Shown here: positions 11,660 to 22,224 of the stretch, one piece after another
How positions within the stretch are numbered: the stretch's first letter is position 1
Layout of the letters: each line of letters starts with the position of its first letter
Assembly (NCBI RefSeq): GCF_001194135.2
Contig: NC_068997.1
Coordinates: 16,260,446 to 16,293,156, forward strand
Length of the DNA stretch: 32,711 bases
Direction of reading: 5' to 3'
DNA from: Octopus bimaculoides
Lineage: Eukaryota
Program-made: the position numbers and the translations under genes
The notes under the pieces: generated by a model
The model's input: the letters and a program-made list of their open reading frames with translations, nothing else
What the model was told of the DNA's origin: nothing
The model's database searches: none

Positions 11660-11889
11660 TTAGTCTTGGGCTGTTACCACCCCGCTGGGTGGGTGAACAG
11701 GCCAACAATTACCCGTGATTGGAAGACCCTTCCGTCGGTGGGTTACCCATTTACCAACTAAGTAGACCGGAACAACGTGAAATGAAACGCTTTGCTCAAG
11801 AACACAACACGCTACCCGATCCGGGAATCGAACTCACCATCTGGCAATCGTGAGTGCAACACCCTAATGACTAGGCTACACGTCTCCAC
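11660..11889 (-). mobile_element. tRNA-derived SINE, family D (CORE/V-like body)
   Basis: Minus strand: GTGGAGACGTGTAGCCTAGTCATTAGG (A-box)...GAGTTCGATTCCC (B-box)...GTGTTGTGTTCTTGAGCAAAGC...GTAAATGGGTAACC. Only one clear copy in the window. Confidence 0.75.
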
Positions 11890-12074
11890 ACACACACATA
11901 CTAATTTATATATATATACCAGGCTTCTTTCAGTTTCCGGGCACTAGGCGTGGGTTCTCCCAGAGCCCGGACATCCAAAGAGGGGTTCATGACTATCTGC
12001 TGGGACCTCCCCTAATAATAATAATAATAATAATAATAATATTTGAAATTATTATTATTATTATTATTATTATT

Positions 12075-12370
12075 GCCTTTGCACAGCTTCTAACGCTGGA
12101 GATGCACTACGGTATCAGCTGTTCATTTCCAGTGAACTAAGGTAACACCTCTTATTTTTCGAGTACCTTCCGGAGTATTCGAGTAGTTCCAAGCAGTGCT
12201 GTTTTCTGCAAGTGCTCCACCCTTATTGCAACCCCTATTTGTTCCACGTTCTTCTTGACATTTTTGCTCACTGTTCCCAGGGCTCCGACAATTATTGGTA
12301 CTACTGCTACCTTTTTCATCGACCACAACTGCTTAACTTCCCAAGCTAACCTGTCATATCTATCGACTTT
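12075..12370 (-). mobile_element. 5'-truncated R4/Dong-clade (RLE-type) non-LTR retrotransposon: C-terminal 72 aa plus 77-nt 3' UTR
   Basis: Frame 12152-12370 is open: KVDRYDRLAWEVKQLWSMKKVAVVPIIVGALGTVSKNVKKNVEQIGVAIRVEHLQKTALLGTTRILRKVLEK*. This fits the K..KY..L...LW...VVPIVIGALG...LQK.ALLGTARILRKVL C-terminus of R4/Dong/Rex6 elements. (AAT)n lies on both sides on the sense strand. The N-terminal T/N run of the listed ORF is microsatellite. Confidence 0.88.
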
Positions 12371-12384
12371 ATTATTATTATTAT

Positions 12385-12425
<41 letters not shown>

Positions 12426-12648
12426 TTAAGTATCAATTTTCACTCAATTAGTCAATATTGGTCAGCAGTCACCTAACCCATTAAATTCTCGTAGGGTTGG
12501 GTCTTTTTTTTTTCTTGAAAACCAATGACAGAGGAGTTAATCGATACGTGAACTCTGGGTATAATAAAACAAACCAAATAAGAATTAATGACATGAGAAA
12601 AAAAATCGTCATAGAAAACATTGTTTGTTTCTATAATAGTGTATTGAT

Positions 12649-12815
12649 GTTATCGTTTAGCCCCAGGCCAACACGATTTGATGATCGCTATGATCAAAAG
12701 CCTTCCAGCTGTGACCTTGATGCTACATTAGGCGCTACATTATTCAATGTTTTCTTTTACATGGTGTTTGAGAGTGATTTGGGGGAGATATAGCTACTGT
12801 TTCTAATAGGTCAAG
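12649..12815 (-). mobile_element. Short interspersed repeat family C
   Basis: GTTATCGTTTAGCCCCAGG...TATGATCAAAAGCCTTCCAGCTGTGACC...GTGATTTGGGGGAGATATAGCTACTGTTTCTAATAGGTCAAG. Homologous pieces at about 10290-10415, 13349-13423, 22225-22432, 28410-28460, 30551-30623 and 31345-31400. Strand inferred from the (AAC)n-like tail. Confidence 0.7.
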
Positions 12816-13348
12816 TTACGTGTAGAGGCTTCCTCGTTAGCTCGTTATGCGTCTGATATAACAACCTTCGCCCTATGTTCATCGTCTTTGAATGTATAAG
12901 TTCCGCCATCTTTATTTTTTTGTTACTGGAACAGCCTTCGTTTTTATGTCTTTCTGTCAAAACTCTTGCGCCTTTTCGTATGGTTTTGTGAAGCAGGCGC
13001 TGATAGTTGTGTGACGACATCCTTGCGTTTTTATGGTCTCTAGTACATCAAGCACGTGTCTTTATCTAAAACAACTTTGCATGTTTGTGTAACAATATTG
13101 TATATTTGTGTGACAGCCTTTCTGTCAAACCCCTTGTGATTTTTCTTACCAACACTGTATTTTTTTTTTTTTTTTCCTTTTTATCTTCTGTTTTGTCCTG
13201 TGTAGTAGAGTTGAATAATTTGTGTAACAACAGCTTTCTGTTTTGGCCCCATCAGACGCGTGTCTTTGCATCAATCAAACGCTGCGTGTGGTGTTTGTGT
13301 AACGACCTTACGTAACAACTTTCTTTGTGTAACAACCTTAGCCGTTCT

Positions 13349-13423
13349 GCTGTCGCTCGACATGTTAGAAAGAACAGCCAAGTCTCCCTCAAACCACACT
13401 ACACTACTTTGAAGAAGGAAAAC
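13349..13423 (+). mobile_element. Family C fragment
   Basis: GTCGCTCGACATGTTAGAAAGAACAGCCAAGTCTCCCTCAAACCACAC is the reverse complement of part of 12770-12815. Confidence 0.6.
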
Positions 13424-13747
13424 ATTTGTTTACGCATTCTTTCTTATACAGCACTATAAAAACAGGATGATCCTCAGGATCTTTTTTAAAACGGGGGCCA
13501 CATTTTTCATTAATGTTTTACGTAGTGTTTTTGGTACCGAAAGACTTTCAAACTTCGTATACTTATCTATTTTGTGTTATAGAACAGAAAAATATTTTTG
13601 TATTCGAATTTATTTCATGTAAAAAATTGTCTTATTTCGATAATTTCAACCAATCACTGACGTCCATTCAGTCGATATACATTAAGTGCCGACTACATAA
13701 ACAAACGATTCTTCGTTTTATTTGCTTTTTTCATTTTAAATTTGCTT

Positions 13748-13786
13748 TAACCCTAACCCTAGGGTTAGGGTTAGGGTTAGGGTTAG
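13748..13786. repeat. Interstitial telomeric-type repeat with inverted (CCCTAA)-(TTAGGG) junction, running into the gap
   Basis: TAACCCTAACCCT|AGGGTTAGGGTTAGGGTTAGGGTTAG followed by Ns; 13748-13773 is a perfect 26-bp palindrome. Confidence 0.93.
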
Positions 13787-14163
13787 NNNNNNNNNNNNNN
13801 NNNNNNNNNNNNNNNNNNNNNNNNNNNNNNNNNNNNNNNNNNNNNNNNNNNNNNNNNNNNNNNNNNNNNNNNNNNNNNNNNNNNNNNNNNNNNNNNNNNN
13901 NNNNNNNNNNNNNNNNNNNNNNNNNNNNNNNNNNNNNNNNNNNNNNNNNNNNNNNNNNNNNNNNNNNNNNNNNNNNNNNNNNNNNNNNNNNNNNNNNNNN
14001 NNNNNNNNNNNNNNNNNNNNNNNNNNNNNNNNNNNNNNNNNNNNNNNNNNNNNNNNNNNNNNNNNNNNNNNNNNNNNNNNNNNNNNNNNNNNNNNNNNNN
14101 NNNNNNNNNNNNNNNNNNNNNNNNNNNNNNNNNNNNNNNNNNNNNNNNNNNNNNNNNNNNNNN
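13787..14163. other. Assembly gap (others: 462-471, 3162-3235, 18310-18784, 26944-27310)
   Basis: Runs of N, mostly adjacent to microsatellites or SINEs, typical of a short-read scaffold. Confidence 1.
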
Positions 14164-15757
14164 TATATATATGTATATATATCGGTGTCGAGTTAGTAAA
14201 CAGTGACAAATAAAACAGAAAACAGCATTATAGTTATAGCTGTTGTAGTCTATCTCTAAGGAAGATCTGATCAACTAGATCAGATCATCGACTGCGGTCG
14301 CCCGAATAGACGGATGTGTGATATACCTGGGTCTGTGGATTGCACTTAATCGGTCGGTTGACTGCTTGTGTGCGCGAAACGGGAGAGTATTTTAGGCATT
14401 GGTGTCATTCTGCAGTGTCTGGTGTAACTTAGCTTACAAACAACAAAACGTATCACGGAATCGAAACTACCCAGAGACGACATCTGCTGTGAAAAACAAT
14501 AGTTAGGTTATAGTGTTAGCATATTCAATACTGTAATTATCTAAAAGCTAAACAGAAATAATTAAGCGGTTAAGCGAAATAAAATATATCGTTGGTATTT
14601 TGCGAGCAGTATTCTCTCGTGGATGAATAACATTTTCTGCTCTGGGCAGAAGGCCTGAAATTTGGGAGGAGGGCTGCTGGCCAGAATCGCAGTTATTCAT
14701 TCCTTTTCTCTGTGTCGATTGTGTGAGAAAGACAGCCCATTCTTCCACTGGTTCCAATATTCCTCGTCGCTACTTTAATGGTTACCATTTTTTCTGTCAG
14801 GTGTAACAACCCGAGCTTTTTATTATTTTTTTTTTTACCCTCTAGTCGCTTCCTTTATTAAGAAATCTTGACAGTGGAAGGAAGGCGAATCAGTGACAAC
14901 GTAATTACTCACCTACCGTAACCTTCTCTACCCTTGCTGTTTACCTACATACCTGTCTGTTGGTAGCATGATAGGCTGGGTAGTGGATCGGGGGTGGGAG
15001 GGAGGTGTACTATGAAGAAGTAGCACAACTAGGTAAACTTAACCGCCTGTCAACTCGCTCATTCACTCACCGACTGATCCGACACCCTTCCGCCGTCACC
15101 ACCACCGCCACCACCCCACCCCTATAGCTCTCGTAGAGTGGTTTAGTATTCTGATCTCTGTTACGGTGTTTCTCCCCCCCCCCTCACCCTTCTCAATTAA
15201 AATAAAATAAATAAAAGACCTGTAAGCCTAAAATAAAAGCAAGTATAGCAGTATCAGGTCTCGATATTGAATAACAAATAAATTAAAAACTAAAAACAAA
15301 AAAAGGCCAGAAACAACTGACATTGATGATAATGATGATGATGACCCTTCCCCCTAAAAAAAAACTATAAAAAAAATAAAAACAGCAGCAGAACCAACAG
15401 CAAACATCTTTATCAACGAACTCTGCACTACATGCAAGTAACCACTGCACCAGCAGCAGCAGCAACGTTTAACAACCCACAAGTGAAATCAGATGAAGGA
15501 AAGCGAAAGAAGTGGGTGACTGGGAGGTAAATGTGTTGGGGGTGTTTTGTCTTCGTTCTGTACAACATAGGTAGTCTGTCTCCACTGGCACTCCCCCCTC
15601 TCATCCCACCCACCCCAACTCCTTTGGAAGTCTGTCTCGGCATCTTTTACTTCTTCATCTTTAATCTTCCTCATTTCTCGTTTCATCACGGTATATATAT
15701 ATATATCTGTGTGTGTGTGTGTAATAAATTGATACGTTTACTGCAGGTGCTGGCATG

Positions 15758-15975
15758 GCTGTGTAAGTGGGATGGAAGAGAGAAAAAAAAGTTTACTTCC
15801 CATCAGCCACTTGACTCCAGGTTCAGTCCTGTTGCGCTGCACCTTCGGAGCAGGCAGTCCTACTGCGTAGCACCTTCGGGCATGTAGTCCTACTGTGTGG
15901 TACCCATAGCCGCAGACCGACCAAAGTCTTTGAAAGAAACCCCCTTGTGTATAAACTGGCGGTGCTCCAGTGTAT
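15758..15975 (+). mobile_element. Degenerate SINE family A with an internal 30-bp tandem triplication
   Basis: GGCATGGCTGTGTAAG head, CCAGGTTCAGTCC, repeated CAGTCC..TGCG..GCACCTTCGG.CA.G, then ATAGCCGCAGACCGACCAAAGTCTT and GGCGGTGCTCCAG. Confidence 0.7.
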
Positions 15976-16081
15976 CCCCATCCCGGAGAGTAAGAGTAAA
16001 AGGGGTGTGTGTGTGTATGAATTCTAATTAAGTCTCCAGGGATGCGACAGAACTAGTCAAGGAACTCTCTCTATCTATGTA

Positions 16082-16121
<40 letters not shown>

Positions 16122-16164
16122 CATATATATATATATATATATATAATAACCACGGTCAGGGTTC

Positions 16165-16310
16165 CAGTTAAGAAGTTCGCTTCGCAAGTCATTAGTTTCG
16201 GATTCTCACTGCCACGCAGTCCCTCTTTCTGGGTGTCTTCCACTAAAACCTTGCGTCGAAAACGCCCGGTGAACGCAATTTGGCAGATGGGAAACTGTGC
16301 CCAAACATAT
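16165..16310 (+). mobile_element. Degenerate SINE family A 5' half
   Basis: GTTAAGAAGTTCGCTTCGCAA...GGGTGTCTTCCACTA...AATTTGGCAGATGGGAAACTG, collinear with 1290-1415. Confidence 0.55.
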
Positions 16311-17229
16311 GTAACGCACTGAAAGAGAAACTTCTACAGGAGTACTATGCCTCGTATTGTCTTTTTTTTTTTTTTCGTTTTTTTTTTTAGATTTGTTTTC
16401 TGTGTGCATGTCCGTCATATATTAATTACTCTCTATCTGTCTTATATATGGACCTACTTACAAATCTATGTATCACTGTCTCGTCATCGCTCCCCACCAC
16501 CACCACCACCACACACACACACACACATATTAAATGAATCGGTTCCAAGAAAATCAACTATCTCTCTCCTTCTCTCTCTCTTTCTCTCCGTATATGTGTA
16601 TGTGAGTGTGTAGCAAAAAATGTGAGACGGCTTGGTATCAAAGTACACTGAAACAAAAAGAGCCCTACCTTCGTTGCTATGTTAACAATTCCGGGGTGGC
16701 GAGCAGGTATCATTTTTGTCTAATTTGTTTAATAAAACACGTACGTTCGTAAATCCATACCAACGCACGCACACGCACACACGCGCGCGCGCGCGCGAAG
16801 AATGTTATGTGTCTCTCACATGAAAACACGTACATTCACAAACACACCTTTACAAACTCACACAATTCATTTTCTTTTCCTTTGTTTCAATCTAGACTCT
16901 TCATTTGGCAAGCATTTGATCACACATACCCCATACACCCACCTACCTCATTCACATATTCACACTACTACTTATATATATTCTATACAGGTACACACAT
17001 ACACACATAGATTATAATACCCGTTTAGATCTTCAGATAAGCGTATAAAAAGTACAATTGTTTTCGCCCACCCTCAAAAAATATATATAATTAAATAAAA
17101 AGAAAGAAAATCTAAGAAAAAAAAACGGCAGACAACCAAACACGAACGCATAAGCAAACGCATACCCAAGTAAGCATAAAGGTGTGTGCTTGTGCACACA
17201 CACACGCATGCGTGCACGGACTTATAGAC

Positions 17230-17580
17230 ATGCCGGGGTTACCTGCTTCAACTTTAGTTTTGGGTTCAGCCTGGCACTTATTTTATCGATACATCATTAT
17301 CGAACTGCTAAGTTACTGAACATAAGGAACAGCGAAAAAATCACTATTTTTTTGTCTTTTTTTTTTTTTGTTTTTTTTAACGGGGTCACTTATAAACGAC
17401 CCATTAGAAACATAACATATACGATGACATTCTTGAACGGTTTGTCTCTTTGAAATTCTGCCCTAGAGATGTTTGCTAACCCCAGATCTATAGTAGAGGG
17501 AAGGCGTTTGCTGGAGGTTTCGATGAGTGGAATCGATCCTGGCACCGCATGGTTGTAAAGAGAACTTCTTAAACAATATG
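17230..17580 (-). mobile_element. Degenerate SINE family A
   Basis: GCCTGGCACTTATTTTATCGAT...CGAACTGCTAAGTTAC, then CTATAGTAGAGG...GTGGAATCGATCCTGGCACCGCATGGTTGTAAAGAGAACTTCTTAA. Confidence 0.55.
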
Positions 17581-17586
17581 TGTGCA

Positions 17587-17692
<106 letters not shown>

Positions 17693-18055
17693 TCATGCAT
17701 GTGTCTATGTAAGACAGGCGGAGAGAGAGAGAGAGACAAGAGGCAAAGGGGGGAAAAATTAATGAAGAAAGGTAAAGAAAAATTCGCAGACTTGAATAAC
17801 AAAATAAAATAATAATTAAGGTAAAGTGAACAAAGGAACAACAAACGAGAAACAGAAACTAAAAGATAATTAGTACAAAAAATATAATACAACACACTAG
17901 GAAAAAAAACATATAAAAATCAAAAAAAGAAAAAAAACAATGCCCCATTGAGAGACGGCGGGGGTTGATAGGTATACACACAAGTACACACAAACATATA
18001 CATACATGTGTTGCGTGTGTGTGTGTTTATATATATATATATATATATATATACT

Positions 18056-18098
<43 letters not shown>
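18056..18098. repeat. (CA)n microsatellite
   Basis: Direct reading. Confidence 0.96.
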
Positions 18099-18101
<3 letters not shown>

Positions 18102-18784
18102 AAAGAGAGAGAGAACAGTTTGTAATTATGTTGGCTTGTCTGAGAAATAATGTGTGAAACAAGACTAGCTTGTGTTATTTCTATGAAAACATCGACTCTA
18201 GTGAAGCAAAGAAGCTTTGCTACAGTAGTTTGGCGGCGGGGTTTGTTGGGGGCGGGGAAGATGTAGCGGAGAAAAATCCAATTAAACACTACTTAATTAC
18301 TAACACACANNNNNNNNNNNNNNNNNNNNNNNNNNNNNNNNNNNNNNNNNNNNNNNNNNNNNNNNNNNNNNNNNNNNNNNNNNNNNNNNNNNNNNNNNNN
18401 NNNNNNNNNNNNNNNNNNNNNNNNNNNNNNNNNNNNNNNNNNNNNNNNNNNNNNNNNNNNNNNNNNNNNNNNNNNNNNNNNNNNNNNNNNNNNNNNNNNN
18501 NNNNNNNNNNNNNNNNNNNNNNNNNNNNNNNNNNNNNNNNNNNNNNNNNNNNNNNNNNNNNNNNNNNNNNNNNNNNNNNNNNNNNNNNNNNNNNNNNNNN
18601 NNNNNNNNNNNNNNNNNNNNNNNNNNNNNNNNNNNNNNNNNNNNNNNNNNNNNNNNNNNNNNNNNNNNNNNNNNNNNNNNNNNNNNNNNNNNNNNNNNNN
18701 NNNNNNNNNNNNNNNNNNNNNNNNNNNNNNNNNNNNNNNNNNNNNNNNNNNNNNNNNNNNNNNNNNNNNNNNNNNNNNNNNNNN

Positions 18785-18866
18785 ACCAGACAAGTAATGG
18801 GGGTCGATATGATCGATTATCCCACTTCCCTGCAAAAATCCAGGCCTTGTGTCTATAGTAGAAAGG

Positions 18867-18911
<45 letters not shown>

Positions 18912-19600
18912 TAAGGCGGTGAGCTGGTAGAATCGTTAGCACGCCAGGCGAAATGTTTAGCGGTATTTCGTCTGCTGCTTATGTTCCGAGTTCAAATTCC
19001 GCCGAGGTCGACTTTGCCTTTCATCCTTTCGCGGTCGATAAAATAAGTACCAGTCCAGCACTGGGGATCGGTGTAATCGATTTAACCCTCTCCTCCAAAG
19101 GTGCTGGCCCTGTGCCAAAATCTGAAACCATTATTGTTGTTGTTCAGGCAGCGAGCTGGTAGATTCGTTAGAATACCGGACAAAATGCTTTGCGGCATTT
19201 CGTTCGTCTTTTACGCTCTGAGTTCAAATTTCGCTGAGGTCGACTTTTCTTTTCATTCCTTTCGGGGTCGAAGAAATAAGTACCAGCTGAGCACTGGGGT
19301 CGATGCAATTCACCAGTGCCTTAGAATTTCCAGCCTTGTGCCTGAAGTAAAAAGAAAGAATTATTATTATCATTCTTGTTGTTGTTGTGGCAATGGCAGA
19401 AGCATCAAAGCGCCGGAATGGAAGATGCCTTGCTCTTTATATTCTAAGTTCAAATCCTGCTGAGGTCAGCTTTACCTTTCCGCCCTTTCGCGGTCGATAG
19501 AATAAAGTACAAATTAGATTTCTGGGTTCGGTGACATATCGTCTGTCCTCTACCCCTCGTATTTGCTGGCCTCGTGCTTAAATTAGGAACAATTGTTATT
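18785..19600 (+). mobile_element. Head-to-tail train of four SINE family B copies (18785-18912 3' end, 18915-19144, 19147-19370, 19390-19600)
   Basis: Three copies restart with a GGC..GAGCTGG.AGA.TCGTTAG-like head (the last is degenerate) and contain GAGTTCAAATT..GCCGAGGTCGACTTTGCCTTTCATCCTTTCGGGGTCGATAAAATAAGTACCAG or variants; copies are separated by (ATT/GTT)n tails. Confidence 0.9.
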
Positions 19601-19862
19601 TGTGTTGCATCTTTTATTTATTTATTTTTTTTTGCAATACAGCCGAGGAACAAAAAAATTAATAAACAACAAAATATCTACAATGACAACAACAACACCA
19701 GCAGCAATTGTTTTCTGGTCTTTGATGATTAACGGTGAATGGGACAGACAGGTGTGATGAGCGATTCTATTGTTGTTGTTGGTGGGGGAGTTTTTTATGT
19801 CTGTTTTTATTTTGGTGCCACAGCAAGTATTTTATTTAGTAGCGTCTTTTATCACTGTCGTT

Positions 19863-19902
<40 letters not shown>

Positions 19903-20031
19903 GGTGCTGCTGCTGCGGCGTAAGATATGCATACGTATAGACACGGTTCTGTTCGTGCGTGTATGCTTGTGTGTACACACATACACAAAAACAAATATAT
20001 GTCAGTATGGATTGTTACGTGTGTATGTATG

Positions 20032-20080
<49 letters not shown>

Positions 20081-20899
20081 AGGGGCTGTCTGTCTGAGTT
20101 AAACTAGTTCATAGCGTCTCCCCAGCAGTTTCCTGATGTCATTAACAACAGAAATTACCTAGGCTGTGTGTGTGTGTGTACCACTTCGCGGTTGCTCGCA
20201 TATGCATCTGTTGTGCTACTTTCCATTGTTGTCAATATGTTAAGGGTGTCGTCGTAGCTTCGCGGTTATCGATTCATGCTGCTTTGTGTATTTCTTGTTA
20301 AGTCTTTCTTACCTGGTTTATTTATTTGTTTATTTATTTATTTATTCATTTATTACACTACACAAACTACTTCTGATGAGTGCCTTGAGGTTTTCGTTCA
20401 CTCTATGAATATTTTATCGGGGTTTAATTTCTCCATTGTCAAATTATTGCAACAATTTATTCATTCATTTATTTTTGTATAATATTCTGCAGTGTCGCTA
20501 AAGAAATCCTCCCTCTATACTCGAAGAGACGGTAACGTCACATATGTTAGAGAGATAATGTAGGCTTTTTGTTGGGGAACCGCGCATAAAACCCTTCACT
20601 GTTTCATCCCTCACCACTACTTTGTTACCGGAGCCCAATGAGGCCCCGAATTAAAATTTAAGCAATTGCTTGCAATTTCTTGAAATCAAATTCTTCCTAC
20701 CCCCACCCAGAGTCAGTAATTCGTTTGTAAGTTGTTATGAACATTGATTTGAATTGCATTGAGAAGAGGTCCGTTTAGTCGTTCTTGAATTTTTTTTTTC
20801 TTTTAAAAGTTTATTTGATTACAATTATACTTTAAACCATCGTTCACATATGAACTCATCTTTTTTAATCTCTGAAGATCTGTAGGCTGTAGTCCCTTA

Positions 20900-21590
20900 A
20901 GCCTTTTCTTTTAATCCGTGTGCATTTCCAACTCCAGCATTCAAAGTTTGCTTATCGGGAGTGACCTACATTCAATTGTCGATTATGTAATTCTTCATTT
21001 CAGTTGGGTTTTAAAATCACGATCGTTTTCGTTGGTGGAGAAGAGTTTGTCTGCTCTAATCCACCGGCAGTTTCTATCCTACCTCTAAAATGCGCTGAAT
21101 ATTGTTTGCGCCTACTCCTAAGTTGGTTTGCACCAGCTCCACACACATGAGCAAAAGTATCCCAACCACGACCATCCATTTTTTTATAGCACAGTATATC
21201 TAATTCTTTATTATCTAATGTATACCTCTCTTTCATAATATGTAATGAGTGATATAACGGTGATTATAAAGTCTTTTCTTAAAACTTCCTTCTGCCATGC
21301 CTATGTAACGTTTCCGTGCCATTTTAGGTTGGGTTTTACAGAGATGACTTCTTTATAGTCGTCTCTAATTATCTAATTCTTAATAGTCATCTTTGAATTA
21401 TCTCCTCTGTATAGTAAGATTTGTTCAGTGAGAATGTATTTGGATTCTTGCATTTGTATGTCTTCTTGAAGGCGTGAAACCTAAGGTAGCTAACACTGTT
21501 TACTCGTATTACTCAATGAACACATTTACCTCTCTAAATTTCTATCGCATGGTATAATTTTTGTGGTTTTTGATATCATTTATGAAGCAT
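20900..21590 (-). mobile_element. Decayed Penelope-like element 3' portion (GIY-YIG endonuclease remnant plus pseudo-LTR hammerhead-like relic)
   Basis: Minus strand 21464 to 21254 across frameshifts: KTYKCKNPNTFSLNKSYYTEEII...YKEVISV...KRYIGMAEGSFKKRLYNHRY. This matches the PLE endonuclease pattern CNC...CPL.G.C....IIY.A.V...YIG..EG.FK.R.YNH. Hammerhead-like relic at 20920-20958 on the same strand. Outer boundaries approximate. Confidence 0.72.
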
Positions 21591-22224
21591 TATGACATAT
21601 ATAACACAAACTGCGCATACAAGTACATGCTTGCGCGCGCAAATGTGAGCAATATGTTCGTGCAATTGTACGGGATAGCTGCGATGGTCTGGTGTAAATG
21701 CTTGTAAGCATTGTTTAGGAAGTAATATATATATATATATATATATGCAGTGTGGGGTATGTGTGCGAGAGAGAGAGAGAGAGAGTAGGATGAGATTTGA
21801 GATATTTATGAGGTAGATAAATTCAATTAAGCTGTAGAATTTGTAAATGTGGGACTGGGAAAGTGGGGGGACAGCCAAGAAATTTTAATTAAAATTACAA
21901 CCGTAGCGAGGGAGAAACTCGTTAGCATAATGGTCAAACGAGGCAGGGGAGACAACCCTGGATTTTATATTAAATATAATGAATCAAAAGCGAATATGAG
22001 CATTTTTCGAGGACTTTTATGATTTTCTTGCTATTATAATGACAACTCTATTCGTGGGTTAAGACCTCCCACACTGAGATATATTTTGACGGAGCTGTAC
22101 ATGTAGTACTTGAATGGGTGTCTACCTAATTTTCGGTAGCAAGTTATGCGTGGTGTAGTGGGAGTATACGAAGTGGGAGGTTGGCTGGTGCGTCCAAGTA
22201 GAGATAGAGTTTATTGTATTGTCA

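Noticed and set aside
11936-12015. HDV-like ribozyme on the minus strand
   Set aside because: P1 needs three G-U pairs, P3/L3 is not identifiable, and the putative P2 3' strand lies in the adjacent SINE fragment.
12075-12151. R4/Dong element as the mobilising partner of SINE B
   Set aside because: The sense-strand tails differ ((AAT)n versus (ATT)n) and I see no shared 3' terminal sequence.
13748-13786. Ancestral chromosome fusion site
   Set aside because: A fusion gives (TTAGGG)n-(CCCTAA)n; the order here is reversed and the C-rich arm is only two units.
13513-14274. Long ORFs spanning N-gaps (also 18170-18922, 26831-27682, 3032-3364)
   Set aside because: Their length comes from undetermined X codons, not from real open frames.
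16765-16797. Alternating purine-pyrimidine (CA/CG)n tract with Z-DNA potential
   Set aside because: Such tracts are common throughout this window; nothing specific.
18785-19600. CRISPR-like repeat-spacer array
   Set aside because: The units are ~200-bp SINEs with microsatellite tails in a eukaryotic context; no cas genes.
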